Counted from the stretch's first letter, positions 1-9,067 are shown. The stretch: DNA of 48,000 nt from Calothrix sp. MO_192.B10 (GCA_030065055.1 JASJDS010000083.1:1-48000); one strand, 5' to 3'. Program-made: numbers and translations. Notes: generated from the sequence alone by a model not told the origin.

Positions 1-1
1 T

Positions 2-190
<189 letters not shown>

Positions 191-230
191 TAATCTAGGG
201 GTTGGGATTTATCCCTGCTCGACAATCATC

Positions 231-264
231 AAAAACGCCTCCTGGGAACGGGGGGCGTTTTTTG
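231..264 (+). terminator. Rho-independent-type hairpin downstream of psbA
   Basis: AAAAACGCCTCC (231-242) pairs with GGGGGGCGTTTTT (251-262) around an 8-nt loop. The T-run continues to 263. Confidence 0.6.
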
Positions 265-448
265 TTGTGATGGGATTTTGAATTGCGATCGCCTTTTATA
301 TCATGTCCGGGTCAACAGTTATTATAAAAATTCGCGCAAAGACGCAAAGGCGCAAAGCAGTCTGCAAAGTTTTCATCGTAACTAATTAGGCAAACCTGAT
401 ATTATTGGTAATACTTAGGTGATTTATGAAAATAATTTTACCAATGGC

Positions 449-473
449 AAGGGCGCAAGCATTGCGCCCCTAC
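449..473. repeat. Dispersed palindromic repeat AAGGGCGCA-N5-TGCGCCCCTAC (copy 1 of 3)
   Basis: Near-identical copies at 4760-4784 (same orientation) and 45301-45325 (inverted). Stem is GGGCGCA/TGCGCCC. Confidence 0.8.
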
Positions 474-499
474 TGACTTTTGACTGACGCAAAGCGGTA

Positions 500-1372
500 C
501 TAGTACTTTTGTGGTACGAATTTTTGCATACACATAGGAGGGCGAATATAATCCATTGCTTTCTGTCGGGGAGGTAATTCGATCGGATTTGGTGTCAAAT
601 CTTCGTAGGGAATGATGCTTAGTAGATGGTTAATGCAGTTGAGGCGAGCCCTTTTTTTGTCATCAGCTTCTACAACATACCAGGGAGATAGAGTTGTGTC
701 CGTGGCAGCAAACATATCATCTTTTGCCTTGGAATATTCTACCCATCGGGCACGAGATTCCAAATCCATCGGGCTAAGTTTCCATCGTTTGGTAGGGTTA
801 TCAAGACGTTGCTGAAAACGTCGTTCTTGTTCCTCATCACTGACCGAAAACCAATACTTGACTAGGATAATACCCGATCGCTGTAACATATGTTCAAATT
901 CCGGACAGGAACGCAGGAACTCAACGTATTGTTCGTGGGTGCAAAAACCCATCACTCGCTCGACTCCAGCCCGGTTGTACCAACTGCGATCGAATAATAC
1001 TATTTCTCCTGCTGCTGGTAAATGAGCTACATAACGCTGAAAATACCATTGAGTTTTTTCTCGTTCAGTAGGCGTACCCAAAGCTGCAATCCGACAAACA
1101 CGGGGGTTCAGACATTCTGCAATTCGCTTAATTGCTCCACCTTTCCCCGCAGCATCCCTACCTTCAAAAACAACTACTACCCTTAAACCTTGATGTTTAA
1201 CCCATTCCTGAAGTTTGACTAATTCAATCTGAAGCCGCTTCAATTCTTTCTCATATACTTTTTTCTTGATTTTCTTCGGCTTTGATTGTTCTTGTACTGT
1301 TGAAGAAACCTTACCGTTACTAGCTATAACAGATTTGTCTTTCTGGATATCTTTAAATCTCTTTTTAGCCAT
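500..1372 (-). CDS. ppk2: Polyphosphate kinase 2 (PPK2 family)
   Basis: The translation has the PPK2 P-loop VVVFEGRDAAGKGG and PPK2-like downstream sequence (FDRSWYNRAGVERVMGF). The ORF is open to 1495, but I place the start at MAKKRF (1372) because the 41 upstream codons look non-coding. Confidence 0.85.
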   Translation of the reverse strand: MAKKRFKDIQKDKSVIASNGKVSSTVQEQSKPKKIKKKVYEKELKRLQIELVKLQEWVKHQGLRVVVVFEGRDAAGKGGAIKRIAECLNPRVCRIAALGTPTEREKTQWYFQRYVAHLPAAGEIVLFDRSWYNRAGVERVMGFCTHEQYVEFLRSCPEFEHMLQRSGIILVKYWFSVSDEEQERRFQQRLDNPTKRWKLSPMDLESRARWVEYSKAKDDMFAATDTTLSPWYVVEADDKKRARLNCINHLLSIIPYEDLTPNPIELPPRQKAMDYIRPPMCMQKFVPQKY

Positions 1373-1557
1373 AAACCGACCCTTAAAATCTGTGAGAGTT
1401 TCAACAATAATACGGGAGACACAGAAGTCTTTATTCCGAATCGGAAATTTCAGGAATCTTAACTTCGATTTTTTTGTTCCCCAGAGTGAAGTCAAAGGTT
1501 TGTTTGTCTAGATATATGTATTTGCTTAAATCCCCATCAGTCTTGGTAGATGGGGAG

Positions 1558-1670
1558 TATAGCACTACGTGCTAGGGAACAGGGAACAGGGAACAGGGAA
1601 CAGGGAACAGCAGGCTGTCAAAAGGTTTCAGGATTTAGAAATGTCCTAACCGCAGAGGCGTAGTGCTATA
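1558..1670. mobile_element. MITE-like element bounded by TATAGCACTACG...CGTAGTGCTATA, with internal (GGGAACA)x5 at 1575-1609
   Basis: Perfect 12-bp terminal inverted repeats. Two further copies lie at 45358-45464 (inverted relative to this one) and 45666-45765. Confidence 0.8.
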
Positions 1671-1955
1671 GAACTTTCAAAGCAAAGAGAAATGTTACAA
1701 AAATAAACGTGAAAAATATAAAATCACTTGTAGAGGGCACCATAAAGGTATATGATTACGAATATAAACAGATAAGTATTTACAATCTTTTTGATAAAGA
1801 GGTTTTATTTATGCTCGGTTCTGAATATGGTTCAGAGCCAAGTTAAATGTGCTTAGCAATAGATGTAGCTAGGCTGACAAGCACCGACCTCGTGAACAGT
1901 AATCAGGACACTCCTGTACGGTTTTTGCCTTTTTAGTGATAAGGGAGTTATTTGT

Positions 1956-2549
1956 ATGCGATTAATTTTTCTAGGGCCACCGGGAGCAGGTAAAAGTACC
2001 CAAGCTGCAATATTAGCGAAGCAATGGCAAATTGCACATATATCTACTAGTGAGATATTACCTCAGGCGATCGCTCGCAATACTGGGCTAGGCTTAAAAA
2101 TTCAAAATTATCTAGATGCAGGAGAAGTCGTTCCAGACAGTTTGCTTCTGACTGCAATACGAGAGCGTTTGACAAAGCCAGATGCTAAAAAAGGCTGGAT
2201 TTTAGATGGATTTCCCGGTAATTCGTCTCAGTTTGCAGAATTTGATCATTTGATCAACTCATTAGGACAGCCTTGCGATGGAGTGTTCTTGTTGTACGTT
2301 CCCTTAAACATTTTGTTGGAAAGGATGTTAAAGCGGGGTCTTCCAGATGACACAACAGAAAAGATTCTCAACCGTTTAGCAGTTTACCAAGAACAGGCTA
2401 GTTTTTTGATTCAGGAATATCGCCAACGTTACCCTCTAACAGTCGTAAATGGCGATCGCCCGATTGAAGCCATCACGCAGTTCATCCAAACCTCAATCCA
2501 TAGTGTCTACCCTGCGCCGAAGCCGTTGTTGCGTCTAAAGTACGTGTAG
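1956..2549 (+). CDS. adk: Adenylate kinase
   Basis: MRLIFLGPPGAGKSTQA P-loop and the GWILDGFPG motif typical of Adk. No zinc-lid cysteines. Confidence 0.85.
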   Translation: MRLIFLGPPGAGKSTQAAILAKQWQIAHISTSEILPQAIARNTGLGLKIQNYLDAGEVVPDSLLLTAIRERLTKPDAKKGWILDGFPGNSSQFAEFDHLINSLGQPCDGVFLLYVPLNILLERMLKRGLPDDTTEKILNRLAVYQEQASFLIQEYRQRYPLTVVNGDRPIEAITQFIQTSIHSVYPAPKPLLRLKYV

Positions 2550-2590
2550 CCGCACTATGGGCGGGTGACGGCGAGGAAAGAAAACAGACC

Positions 2591-3259
2591 CTAGGAAATG
2601 CTGGGTAGTTCACACAGGTGTTTTTCACCTTCACCAATCTGTCCCCTTACCCATTCCCTAATTGCTTGTCGGAAAACCCGTCTTCCTACCATGCGGTATC
2701 TTTCAATTAGTGATGGAATTTCTTGAATATTCAAATTAGGAAACACTAAACTTGTTTCTGTTGGGATATACTCCTCACCTTGCAATTGGTAAATTTTGAT
2801 TTCTTCAGCGTCATAACACCAAATTTCAGGCATACCTAACCGTGCATAAATAGGAAACCGATCTAATGATTTACTGGTAACATCAATTTCTAAAGCTAAA
2901 TCTGGAGGTGGGTCTTGATTTAAATCAAACTTCAGCTTACCTCGAATTAAGGCTTCATTTTGGAAGTAAAAACAATTATCAGATTCTATTCCAGCCTTTT
3001 TTAATTCTCTTTTCCAGGTAGTTGAACCGTAACACTCAAAATCTAATTCTAAAACTTCAGCTGCATCTTTGATGATGTCACCAATTATTTCTTTGTAATA
3101 CTCATGTTCTGGTAATGGAGTCATAATCTCTAATGTGCCATCATCGTAAGCGACCCTAGCTGCTCGACTTTCACCTAAATCTACTAATAAATTCTCAAAT
3201 TGTTGCCAACTGATATTGTAGAGAACTACCCGATCAGCGCGACGTTCAGTTAATAGCAT
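2591..3259 (-). CDS. Uma2-family (DUF820) putative endonuclease
   Basis: The N-terminal YNISWQQFENLL...DDGTLEIMTPLPEHE and later ALEIDVTS/YARLGMPEIW pattern match the abundant cyanobacterial Uma2 family. Confidence 0.8.
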   Translation of the reverse strand: MLLTERRADRVVLYNISWQQFENLLVDLGESRAARVAYDDGTLEIMTPLPEHEYYKEIIGDIIKDAAEVLELDFECYGSTTWKRELKKAGIESDNCFYFQNEALIRGKLKFDLNQDPPPDLALEIDVTSKSLDRFPIYARLGMPEIWCYDAEEIKIYQLQGEEYIPTETSLVFPNLNIQEIPSLIERYRMVGRRVFRQAIREWVRGQIGEGEKHLCELPSIS

Positions 3260-3376
3260 AATTCCTCGCAGTATCAGTGAGCAATCAATAGCAGTCAGTA
3301 ATCAGTGAGAAATTAAGTATATTGTTCAAACTTACCAACTAATGACTGACTAATATCACAATTTATCTTAATTTAT

Positions 3377-3489
3377 GGCATTGCTGAATTGAAATATGAA
3401 CTCGAAAAATCAGGTATCTTAAACTCTTATTTTCTGCGCCTGGAGTGCCTGGAGCGTGAGACAAATTCATCTGTTGATTCAGCAACGCC
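3377..3489. mobile_element. MITE-like element with GGCATTGCTGAAT...ATTCAGCAACGCC termini
   Basis: Terminal inverted repeats are seen directly. Related copies lie at 6286-6441 and 31337-31437, with a solo end at about 38918-38935. Confidence 0.7.
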
Positions 3490-3551
3490 TAATTTATTTT
3501 ATCAATGATGTTTAGAAAGTATAGTTGATTATTATACAAACCCTGCCCTTA

Positions 3552-4652
3552 CTAAAACCTCTGAATAGAAAATGGTTCAATCGCCAGGGAACTCTTGTGA
3601 TCCAAAATCAACTCCGACATAATTCGCCCCACCACTGGTGAAAGTTGGAAGCCGTGGGCAGAGAAACCGAAGGCGTGATACACGTTAGGTGCTTTCCCAC
3701 TGGCACCAATAACCGGAATGCGATCGGGCATAAATGCCTCCAACCCTGCCCAAGTTCTGACAATACGCACGTCAGTCATTCTAGGGAACAGTTCCTGGAC
3801 GGTGCGGCTGCTTTCACTGAGTTTTACAAAGTCAATTGCTGTAGTTTCTGCTACCATGTCATGGTCGGCAAGATAAGCCCCACCAATCAGCACCGTACCA
3901 TTGTGCATCTGTTTAAAAGACAACTTGCGGGAAGCTACACCCACTACTGGGTCGAGGAAATGGGGTAAACGCTCAGTCACCATCATCATTGGGGCACCGA
4001 CTTTTAGGGGCACTGGCTCATCTAAGTAGTGACAAATTTCCCCAGCCCAGGCACCAGCACAATTGACTAGTATGGGTGCATCAAATTTAGCTTGCTCTGT
4101 CACCACCCGCCAACAGTCCCCCAACCGATCTAACCCAATAACCCGGCAACCAGTGCGATACTCCACCCCCAGGGACTCAGCTTTACGGCGAAAGGCGGTG
4201 AGCGCGTGATAGGGACGGGCAAAGCCATCCCCGGCTGTATACAGGGCACCGACGCAATGGGGCGCAAGGGCAGGAACCAGTTGGTAGAGGCGATCGCGAT
4301 CGATAATTTGCTCATGGTCAAAGCCCAGGGAACTTACCAGGGCAGCCCTTTCCTCTAGTTTCTGTAAATCCCCTGCATTCTCTGCCACCCGCACCTGGCC
4401 AGTGAGTTTCACGTCACAGTCACTGCCCACCAGGGAATAGATATCCCGCCACATTTGGGCCGCCACCACCGCCAGGGGAATCTCTGCCGGATGGCGATTC
4501 AGCCGACGCAAACCACCCGCATTGACCCCAGAGGCATGGCGGCCAGGGCTGTTTTTTTCCACTACAATTACCTTTTGTCCACCCATAGCTAGGTGTAGAG
4601 CCGTGGAAGACCCCATCAAGCCACCGCCAATAATCACCACATCAACCTTCAA
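3552..4652 (-). CDS. FAD-dependent oxidoreductase, DAO family (HcnC / OoxB / sarcosine-oxidase-beta-like)
   Basis: N-terminal Rossmann motif VDVVIIGGGLMGSSTALHL and DAO-like length. The start codon is TTG at 4652, with AAGGAG supplied by the upstream octamer repeat. Confidence 0.85.
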   Translation of the reverse strand: MKVDVVIIGGGLMGSSTALHLAMGGQKVIVVEKNSPGRHASGVNAGGLRRLNRHPAEIPLAVVAAQMWRDIYSLVGSDCDVKLTGQVRVAENAGDLQKLEERAALVSSLGFDHEQIIDRDRLYQLVPALAPHCVGALYTAGDGFARPYHALTAFRRKAESLGVEYRTGCRVIGLDRLGDCWRVVTEQAKFDAPILVNCAGAWAGEICHYLDEPVPLKVGAPMMMVTERLPHFLDPVVGVASRKLSFKQMHNGTVLIGGAYLADHDMVAETTAIDFVKLSESSRTVQELFPRMTDVRIVRTWAGLEAFMPDRIPVIGASGKAPNVYHAFGFSAHGFQLSPVVGRIMSELILDHKSSLAIEPFSIQRF

Positions 4653-4676
4653 TCCTTCACTCCTTCACTCCTTCAC
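4653..4676. repeat. Octamer tandem repeat (TCCTTCAC)x3, STRR-like
   Basis: Three exact units abut the TTG start of the DAO gene. On the coding strand they read GTGAAGGA x3 and contain the only Shine-Dalgarno-like sequence. Confidence 0.85.
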
Positions 4677-4757
4677 TCCGAACTCCCTATTTTCAAGCTG
4701 TCCCCCACGGTCAAATCCCACAACCTGCGGATCTGAAAATGCTTTGTGACTAACTCC

Positions 4758-6257
4758 TCAAGGGCGCACGCAATGCGCCCCTACTCCTGAACTCCGAACT
4801 CCGAACTCCTTCACTCCCTCACTCCCAACTTCCAAGTTAGCTAGCTGGGCAATACTCAGAGGTCGTATCGGTGGACGTACCCGGAAGGGGGTATATTCAG
4901 AGACTGGGCGTTTGTTCTCGGCGGCGACAATATGGGCAACTGCTGGGGCGCACTGCCGTCCTTGACAGGGTCCCATACCACAGCGCAGATAAAATTTTAC
5001 CTGATTGGGATCAGTATGCCCTTCCCGCACTGCTTGGCGGATTTGCCCCGCCGAAATTTCTTCACAGCGACATACCAAGGTCTGGTCATCACGGGGGACG
5101 AGTAGTGAATTCGGTAGGCGGTATAAAGCTTCTAGGAAGGGACGAACTCGCAGGTCTTTCTGCATCCATTGGAGGTCATTTTTACCCATGCGATCGCGTA
5201 GCAGCTCCCCCTTGGGAGCATCGCGCTGTTGGCTGCTGATTATATCCAAGCTCCGAGCCGCTTCCAGGGCAGCTAAGCGTCCGCTATGTTCGGCACTACG
5301 GGCACCACCAATACCCGCATTATCACCGACTACTGCAATCCCAGGCACATTGGTGTTGCCCCACATATCCACCTGGGTTCGCCAACACTGCTGACCATCA
5401 TCCCAGATATGCTGACAACCAGCGGCTTTGGTAAGATTGGTTCTGGGAATCACACCAAAATGCACCAAGAGGTTGTCCGTGGCAATAGTCTCGCGCCTAC
5501 TGATCCCCGGCATATCCCAACCATATGACACCGCCTCAACTTGGTTGTCCCCCTGAGCCTCCAACCTGGAAATCCCGTAGTAGATTGGCACTCCACCTTT
5601 ATGTAAATCCAGGGTGTATTTTAAGCCACGATTAATGTAATTACCGGCTCCTAATGCCCTTGGTAAGCGGGGTGCGGCACGCCACAAATTACTGAGCGGG
5701 GAGAGTTCCAGCACCGCTTTCACCCATACCCCAGCCCGGAGATATTGCCAAGCAACCAGCAGTGGTAAAGGTCCAACACCGGCGATTACCGTGCCATTGG
5801 CGGGAACCACCCCAGAGGTTTTCAGCAATATTTGGGCGGCTCCGGCATTCATTACCCCCGGCAATGTCCAGCCGGGGAAAGGCACTGGACGCTCCATTGC
5901 CCCACTGGCAACTATCACCCGCTCGGCTTCAATTATGGATGCCTGACCATGACGCAGGATACCAATCTGTCGACGGGAATTCAAAGACCAAATAGTGGTA
6001 TTGGGCAAATACTTGGCTCCACTGGCACCAAATGCTTTGACCAAATCAGCACCTCGTTGGTAGTCTGCACCCAACAACGCTGACCTGTGTGCGGGGGTAT
6101 TGGTGATCCCCCGGTAAATTTGTCCACCGGGGGATGGCTGTTCATCAAGTACTACCACATCCATGCCCAAATTAGCAGCGGTGGTTGCAGCACACAGCCC
6201 ACCAGGCCCCGCACCAATCACCACCAGCTGATATGCTGTTGTGCATTTAATCTGCAT
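4758..6257 (-). CDS. FAD/NAD(P)-binding oxidoreductase with BFD-like [2Fe-2S] domain (HcnB / OoxA-like)
   Basis: YQLVVIGAGPGGL dinucleotide motif and a C-terminal CRCEEISAGQIRQAV...CGMGPCQGRQC BFD-type cluster motif. Start placed at MQIKCTT (6257), since the ORF extension to 6365 runs into repeats. Confidence 0.85.
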   Translation of the reverse strand: MQIKCTTAYQLVVIGAGPGGLCAATTAANLGMDVVVLDEQPSPGGQIYRGITNTPAHRSALLGADYQRGADLVKAFGASGAKYLPNTTIWSLNSRRQIGILRHGQASIIEAERVIVASGAMERPVPFPGWTLPGVMNAGAAQILLKTSGVVPANGTVIAGVGPLPLLVAWQYLRAGVWVKAVLELSPLSNLWRAAPRLPRALGAGNYINRGLKYTLDLHKGGVPIYYGISRLEAQGDNQVEAVSYGWDMPGISRRETIATDNLLVHFGVIPRTNLTKAAGCQHIWDDGQQCWRTQVDMWGNTNVPGIAVVGDNAGIGGARSAEHSGRLAALEAARSLDIISSQQRDAPKGELLRDRMGKNDLQWMQKDLRVRPFLEALYRLPNSLLVPRDDQTLVCRCEEISAGQIRQAVREGHTDPNQVKFYLRCGMGPCQGRQCAPAVAHIVAAENKRPVSEYTPFRVRPPIRPLSIAQLANLEVGSEGVKEFGVRSSGVGAHCVRP

Positions 6258-6285
6258 ATTACTCCCTTCCCAGTATAAGATTACC

Positions 6286-6441
6286 GGCGTTGCTGATTGA
6301 AAATATGAATTTACCTCACGCAAAGACGAGCCAGTGCGTTGGGCGGCTCCGCCGACTTGAAGCAACTGGCGTGCAAAGACGCAAAGTTACAAAGAAAAAT
6401 AAAGGTGATTTTGACGTTTCATATCCTGATTCAGCAATGCC
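6286..6441. mobile_element. MITE-like element (GGCGTTGCTGATTGAAAATATGAA...TTCATATCCTGATTCAGCAATGCC) flanked by an 8-bp direct repeat
   Basis: AGATTACC occurs immediately left (6278-6285) and right (6442-6449) of the element. Confidence 0.7.
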
Positions 6442-6622
6442 AGATTACCCATCTCCTCTGTCTCTCTATCCTCTGCGTTCTCTCTCTTGAAAAGTTGCTC
6501 TTGGGGGAAACCCCCTTAGACGCGGAGCGGCTTCGGTGTAGGGTAGACCGCACTTTTCCCTGCTTCCTCTGCGGTTTTTGAGCCATTAATCTATTTCGAG
6601 AGATAAGTCTCAAACTTTCTTC

Positions 6623-6655
6623 ACTTTTGACTTTTGACTTTTGACTTTTGACTTT
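6623..6655. repeat. Heptamer STRR (ACTTTTG)x4 plus a partial unit
   Basis: Exact tandem units, directly abutting the stop codon of the 2Fe-2S gene. Confidence 0.85.
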
Positions 6656-6939
6656 CATCCTACTCCCTGCTGGCGACGAATCTTCATACCTTCTGCAACC
6701 TGCACCTGACAGGCTTGACGATTGGGCAACCCGTCAATTTCCATCAAACACTCAAAGCACACACCCATCATACATAAAGGTGCGCGGGGTGCCCCTGATA
6801 TGGGAGTGGTGCGGGTATAACCCAAATTATGGACTAAAACTGCCGCTGCCACAGTCTCGCCCACAGGTACTTGAACATCCTCCCCTTCAATATTGACTGT
6901 GACTGTATTGCTATTTAATTCCCTCAGGTGCTTAAACAT
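6655..6939 (-). CDS. Small (2Fe-2S)-binding subunit (HcnA / sarcosine-oxidase-alpha-N-terminal-like)
   Basis: 94 aa with the cysteine pattern CMMGVCFEC...QAC, as in HcnA-type subunits. Confidence 0.8.
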   Translation of the reverse strand: MFKHLRELNSNTVTVNIEGEDVQVPVGETVAAAVLVHNLGYTRTTPISGAPRAPLCMMGVCFECLMEIDGLPNRQACQVQVAEGMKIRRQQGVG

Positions 6940-6960
6940 GATATTTTTGCTCCCCCAGCA

Positions 6961-8025
6961 TCAAAGCTTCACTTTCGATGCCAAACCTGGATGCTCAAAC
7001 ACCATACTCTGTTGTAGGTCTAGGTTTGTACCCTTTTGGTTTTCACGGGCTCGATTAAACATAGCCATAGCGATCGCTACATCAATATATGCCAAGCCAA
7101 CAGCATTGAAATATATCCGTTCAGTCTCCGATTCACGGCCAGGCTTTTTCCCTGATACCAATTCGTGTAAATCAGCATGGATATTACTGGCGTTAATCAA
7201 CCCTTCTTTATACATCCTACTTAAGGTCTGGGTACGATGGGTGACTGTTTCCCAATCGTCGCACACTATCTTATCTGCCTGCAATGCCACCTCAAACTCA
7301 TCCTCCCAGCCCCCCACATGGCTGTAGAAAGTACCTGGCTTCACCCATGCGGCCTTGAGTAGGGGAGCCTGGGCACTGGTGGCAGTCACCAGAATATCGG
7401 CATCCTCCATTGCCTTTTGGGCGTTAGTATTAACTGAGACAAACTCCATATCTGGATACAACTGTGAGAGTTCAGCAATAAACTGCTCCTCATGGGTGAC
7501 AGAGTGCTTTGCCGCTACCCGACACTGCTTGAGGCTGGGACATACTGCTTTCATGGCGATGAGATGCATCTTTGCCTGTTCCCCGGCACCAATGAAACCA
7601 ATTACTTCAGAATCCTGACGGGCTAAGTGTTTGGCAGCAATACCACCCATGGCCGCCACCCGCATATTTGATGCCAGAGTGCCCTCCATAACGCAGATAG
7701 GGAAGCCCGTCTCAATTTCTGACAGGATAAAAATGGCGGATAAATTTTGCTGTTCGTGCTGGATGGGATTCATGGGAAATACCGAAACCCATTTCACCCC
7801 GCACACCTTTTCATCCAGGAGGGTTGCGGGCAAACAGTTAATCCGTTCTTGGGTCGCCTGATTAAAAATCTGCACAATTTTCTCAGGAAAAATTACATGA
7901 TGCCTCTCAAATTCCATCATGGCTTTTTCGGCAATATCCATGACCATGCGAATATCGAAACAGCCGGCATCAAGCAGGTCTTCCTGAGATAAATAAGTGA
8001 AGCTAAGATGATGTTTATTACTCAT
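6961..8025 (-). CDS. Ornithine cyclodeaminase / mu-crystallin family protein
   Basis: 354 aa with a central GFIGAGEQA NAD-binding motif and overall OCD-like layout. It is the first gene of the operon, with a 21-bp gap to the next gene. Confidence 0.8.
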   Translation of the reverse strand: MSNKHHLSFTYLSQEDLLDAGCFDIRMVMDIAEKAMMEFERHHVIFPEKIVQIFNQATQERINCLPATLLDEKVCGVKWVSVFPMNPIQHEQQNLSAIFILSEIETGFPICVMEGTLASNMRVAAMGGIAAKHLARQDSEVIGFIGAGEQAKMHLIAMKAVCPSLKQCRVAAKHSVTHEEQFIAELSQLYPDMEFVSVNTNAQKAMEDADILVTATSAQAPLLKAAWVKPGTFYSHVGGWEDEFEVALQADKIVCDDWETVTHRTQTLSRMYKEGLINASNIHADLHELVSGKKPGRESETERIYFNAVGLAYIDVAIAMAMFNRARENQKGTNLDLQQSMVFEHPGLASKVKL

Positions 8026-8296
8026 GGATGGGGTTGATTTAAATTTGTTATCAAACAGATTTGATTATGATCAACACTAGATGGTTAACAAAATGTGTTA
8101 AACAATTTTTGTCAACCACTGACTACCCTACTAATTATTTATTTAATTCCCTGTATTTAATCTAAAATAATCATTTAGATTAATGTCAATATTTTTATAC
8201 AAAAGTTATTCTCTTAAATCTGAAAATTAAGCTATATATTATGATGGTTTTAATTAAAATGTAGATGTTTTTAAATAATAAGGTTTGTAAACTTTC

Positions 8297-8500
8297 ATGA
8301 ATAATTCAGCATCAAATAATCGTCATAATCATGAATGCTGTTTTTGTCGCAACTTCCAACTGGAAGGATACCAATGGGGTTATTGTGAATTGCTGAGTGC
8401 AAGGGTAAAAGGCAATTTAGATGCTTGTCACGCTTATATTCCACCCTTTACATCCAGCACAGATCACAAAAATGTTAGTGAAGAAGATAATCTTAACTGA
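8297..8500 (+). CDS. Small Cys-rich hypothetical protein (67 aa)
   Basis: The ORF carries ECCFCRNF...WGYCELL...CHAY, divergent from the OCD operon. No family recognised. Confidence 0.4.
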   Translation: MNNSASNNRHNHECCFCRNFQLEGYQWGYCELLSARVKGNLDACHAYIPPFTSSTDHKNVSEEDNLN

Positions 8501-8620
8501 TGTATAAGATTATTTGAAATTCTTAACATTTTCCCTATTTCAGACTGGGTTAGGCAGGGGTTTTAGACAAAAACTTGAATTGTTCTAGATTTAAATGCCT
8601 AGCTTCATATAGATTATTCC

Positions 8621-8684
8621 GTAGAGACACGGCGATCGCACAATGATTCTGTATACCGAGGGTATGCGGATGCCGTGCCCTTAC
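8621..8684. repeat. Single-unit hairpin element GTAGAGACACGGCGATC...GATGCCGTGCCCTTAC
   Basis: Its arms are related to the 64-bp unit arrayed at 42973-43356. Confidence 0.6.
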
Positions 8685-8697
8685 TATGGAGCTGAAA

Positions 8698-9018
8698 CTA
8701 AAGGTGTTTTTCTAGTGCATCACTAAAGGTTTCATAGGGAGCCTTGCCTATTAGACGTTCTACCTCCTCACCATTTTTAAAAATGAGAACAGCGGGAATA
8801 CTCTTAATACCGTATTTTTTAGCACTTTCTTTGTTGTCATCAAGACTGAGCTTCACAACTTTGGCACGACCTTCATATTCTTCTGCTAATTTGTCTATGA
8901 AAGGACTAATCAATTTACAAGGACCACACCAACTTGCTGTGTAATCAACTACTACAGGTCCTGAATACTTTAAAAGCTGGTCAAAATCACTATCTTGGAT
9001 GTAAGTGGCTGTAGTCAT
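8698..9018 (-). CDS. Thioredoxin
   Basis: 106 aa with the WCGPC active site and typical Trx length. Confidence 0.92.
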   Translation of the reverse strand: MTTATYIQDSDFDQLLKYSGPVVVDYTASWCGPCKLISPFIDKLAEEYEGRAKVVKLSLDDNKESAKKYGIKSIPAVLIFKNGEEVERLIGKAPYETFSDALEKHL

Positions 9019-9067
9019 GGGGAATTTTTTAACCTAATTACAAGTGTGAAAGCTTAAGTACGAAAAT

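Noticed and set aside
1373-1495. N-terminal extensions of listed ORFs (PPK2 to 1495; also 6258-6365, 19322-19405, 26575-26658)
   Set aside because: The extensions run into upstream repeat or intergenic sequence. Internal ATGs give N-termini that match the family pattern or the adjacent paralog. The longest-ORF start is therefore probably not the true start.
4871-6278. Several plus-strand ORFs of 63-129 aa (4871, 5005, 5286, 5762, 5832, 6087)
   Set aside because: All lie antisense within the GC-richer HcnB-like gene, have no start context, and give Arg/Pro/Ser-rich translations typical of antisense frames.
6290-6658. ORFs 6290-6490, 6339-6581 and 6431-6658
   Set aside because: They lie wholly in the MITE/STRR-filled spacer, and their translations are repeat-derived (for example KVKSQKSKVKS from the ACTTTTG heptamers).
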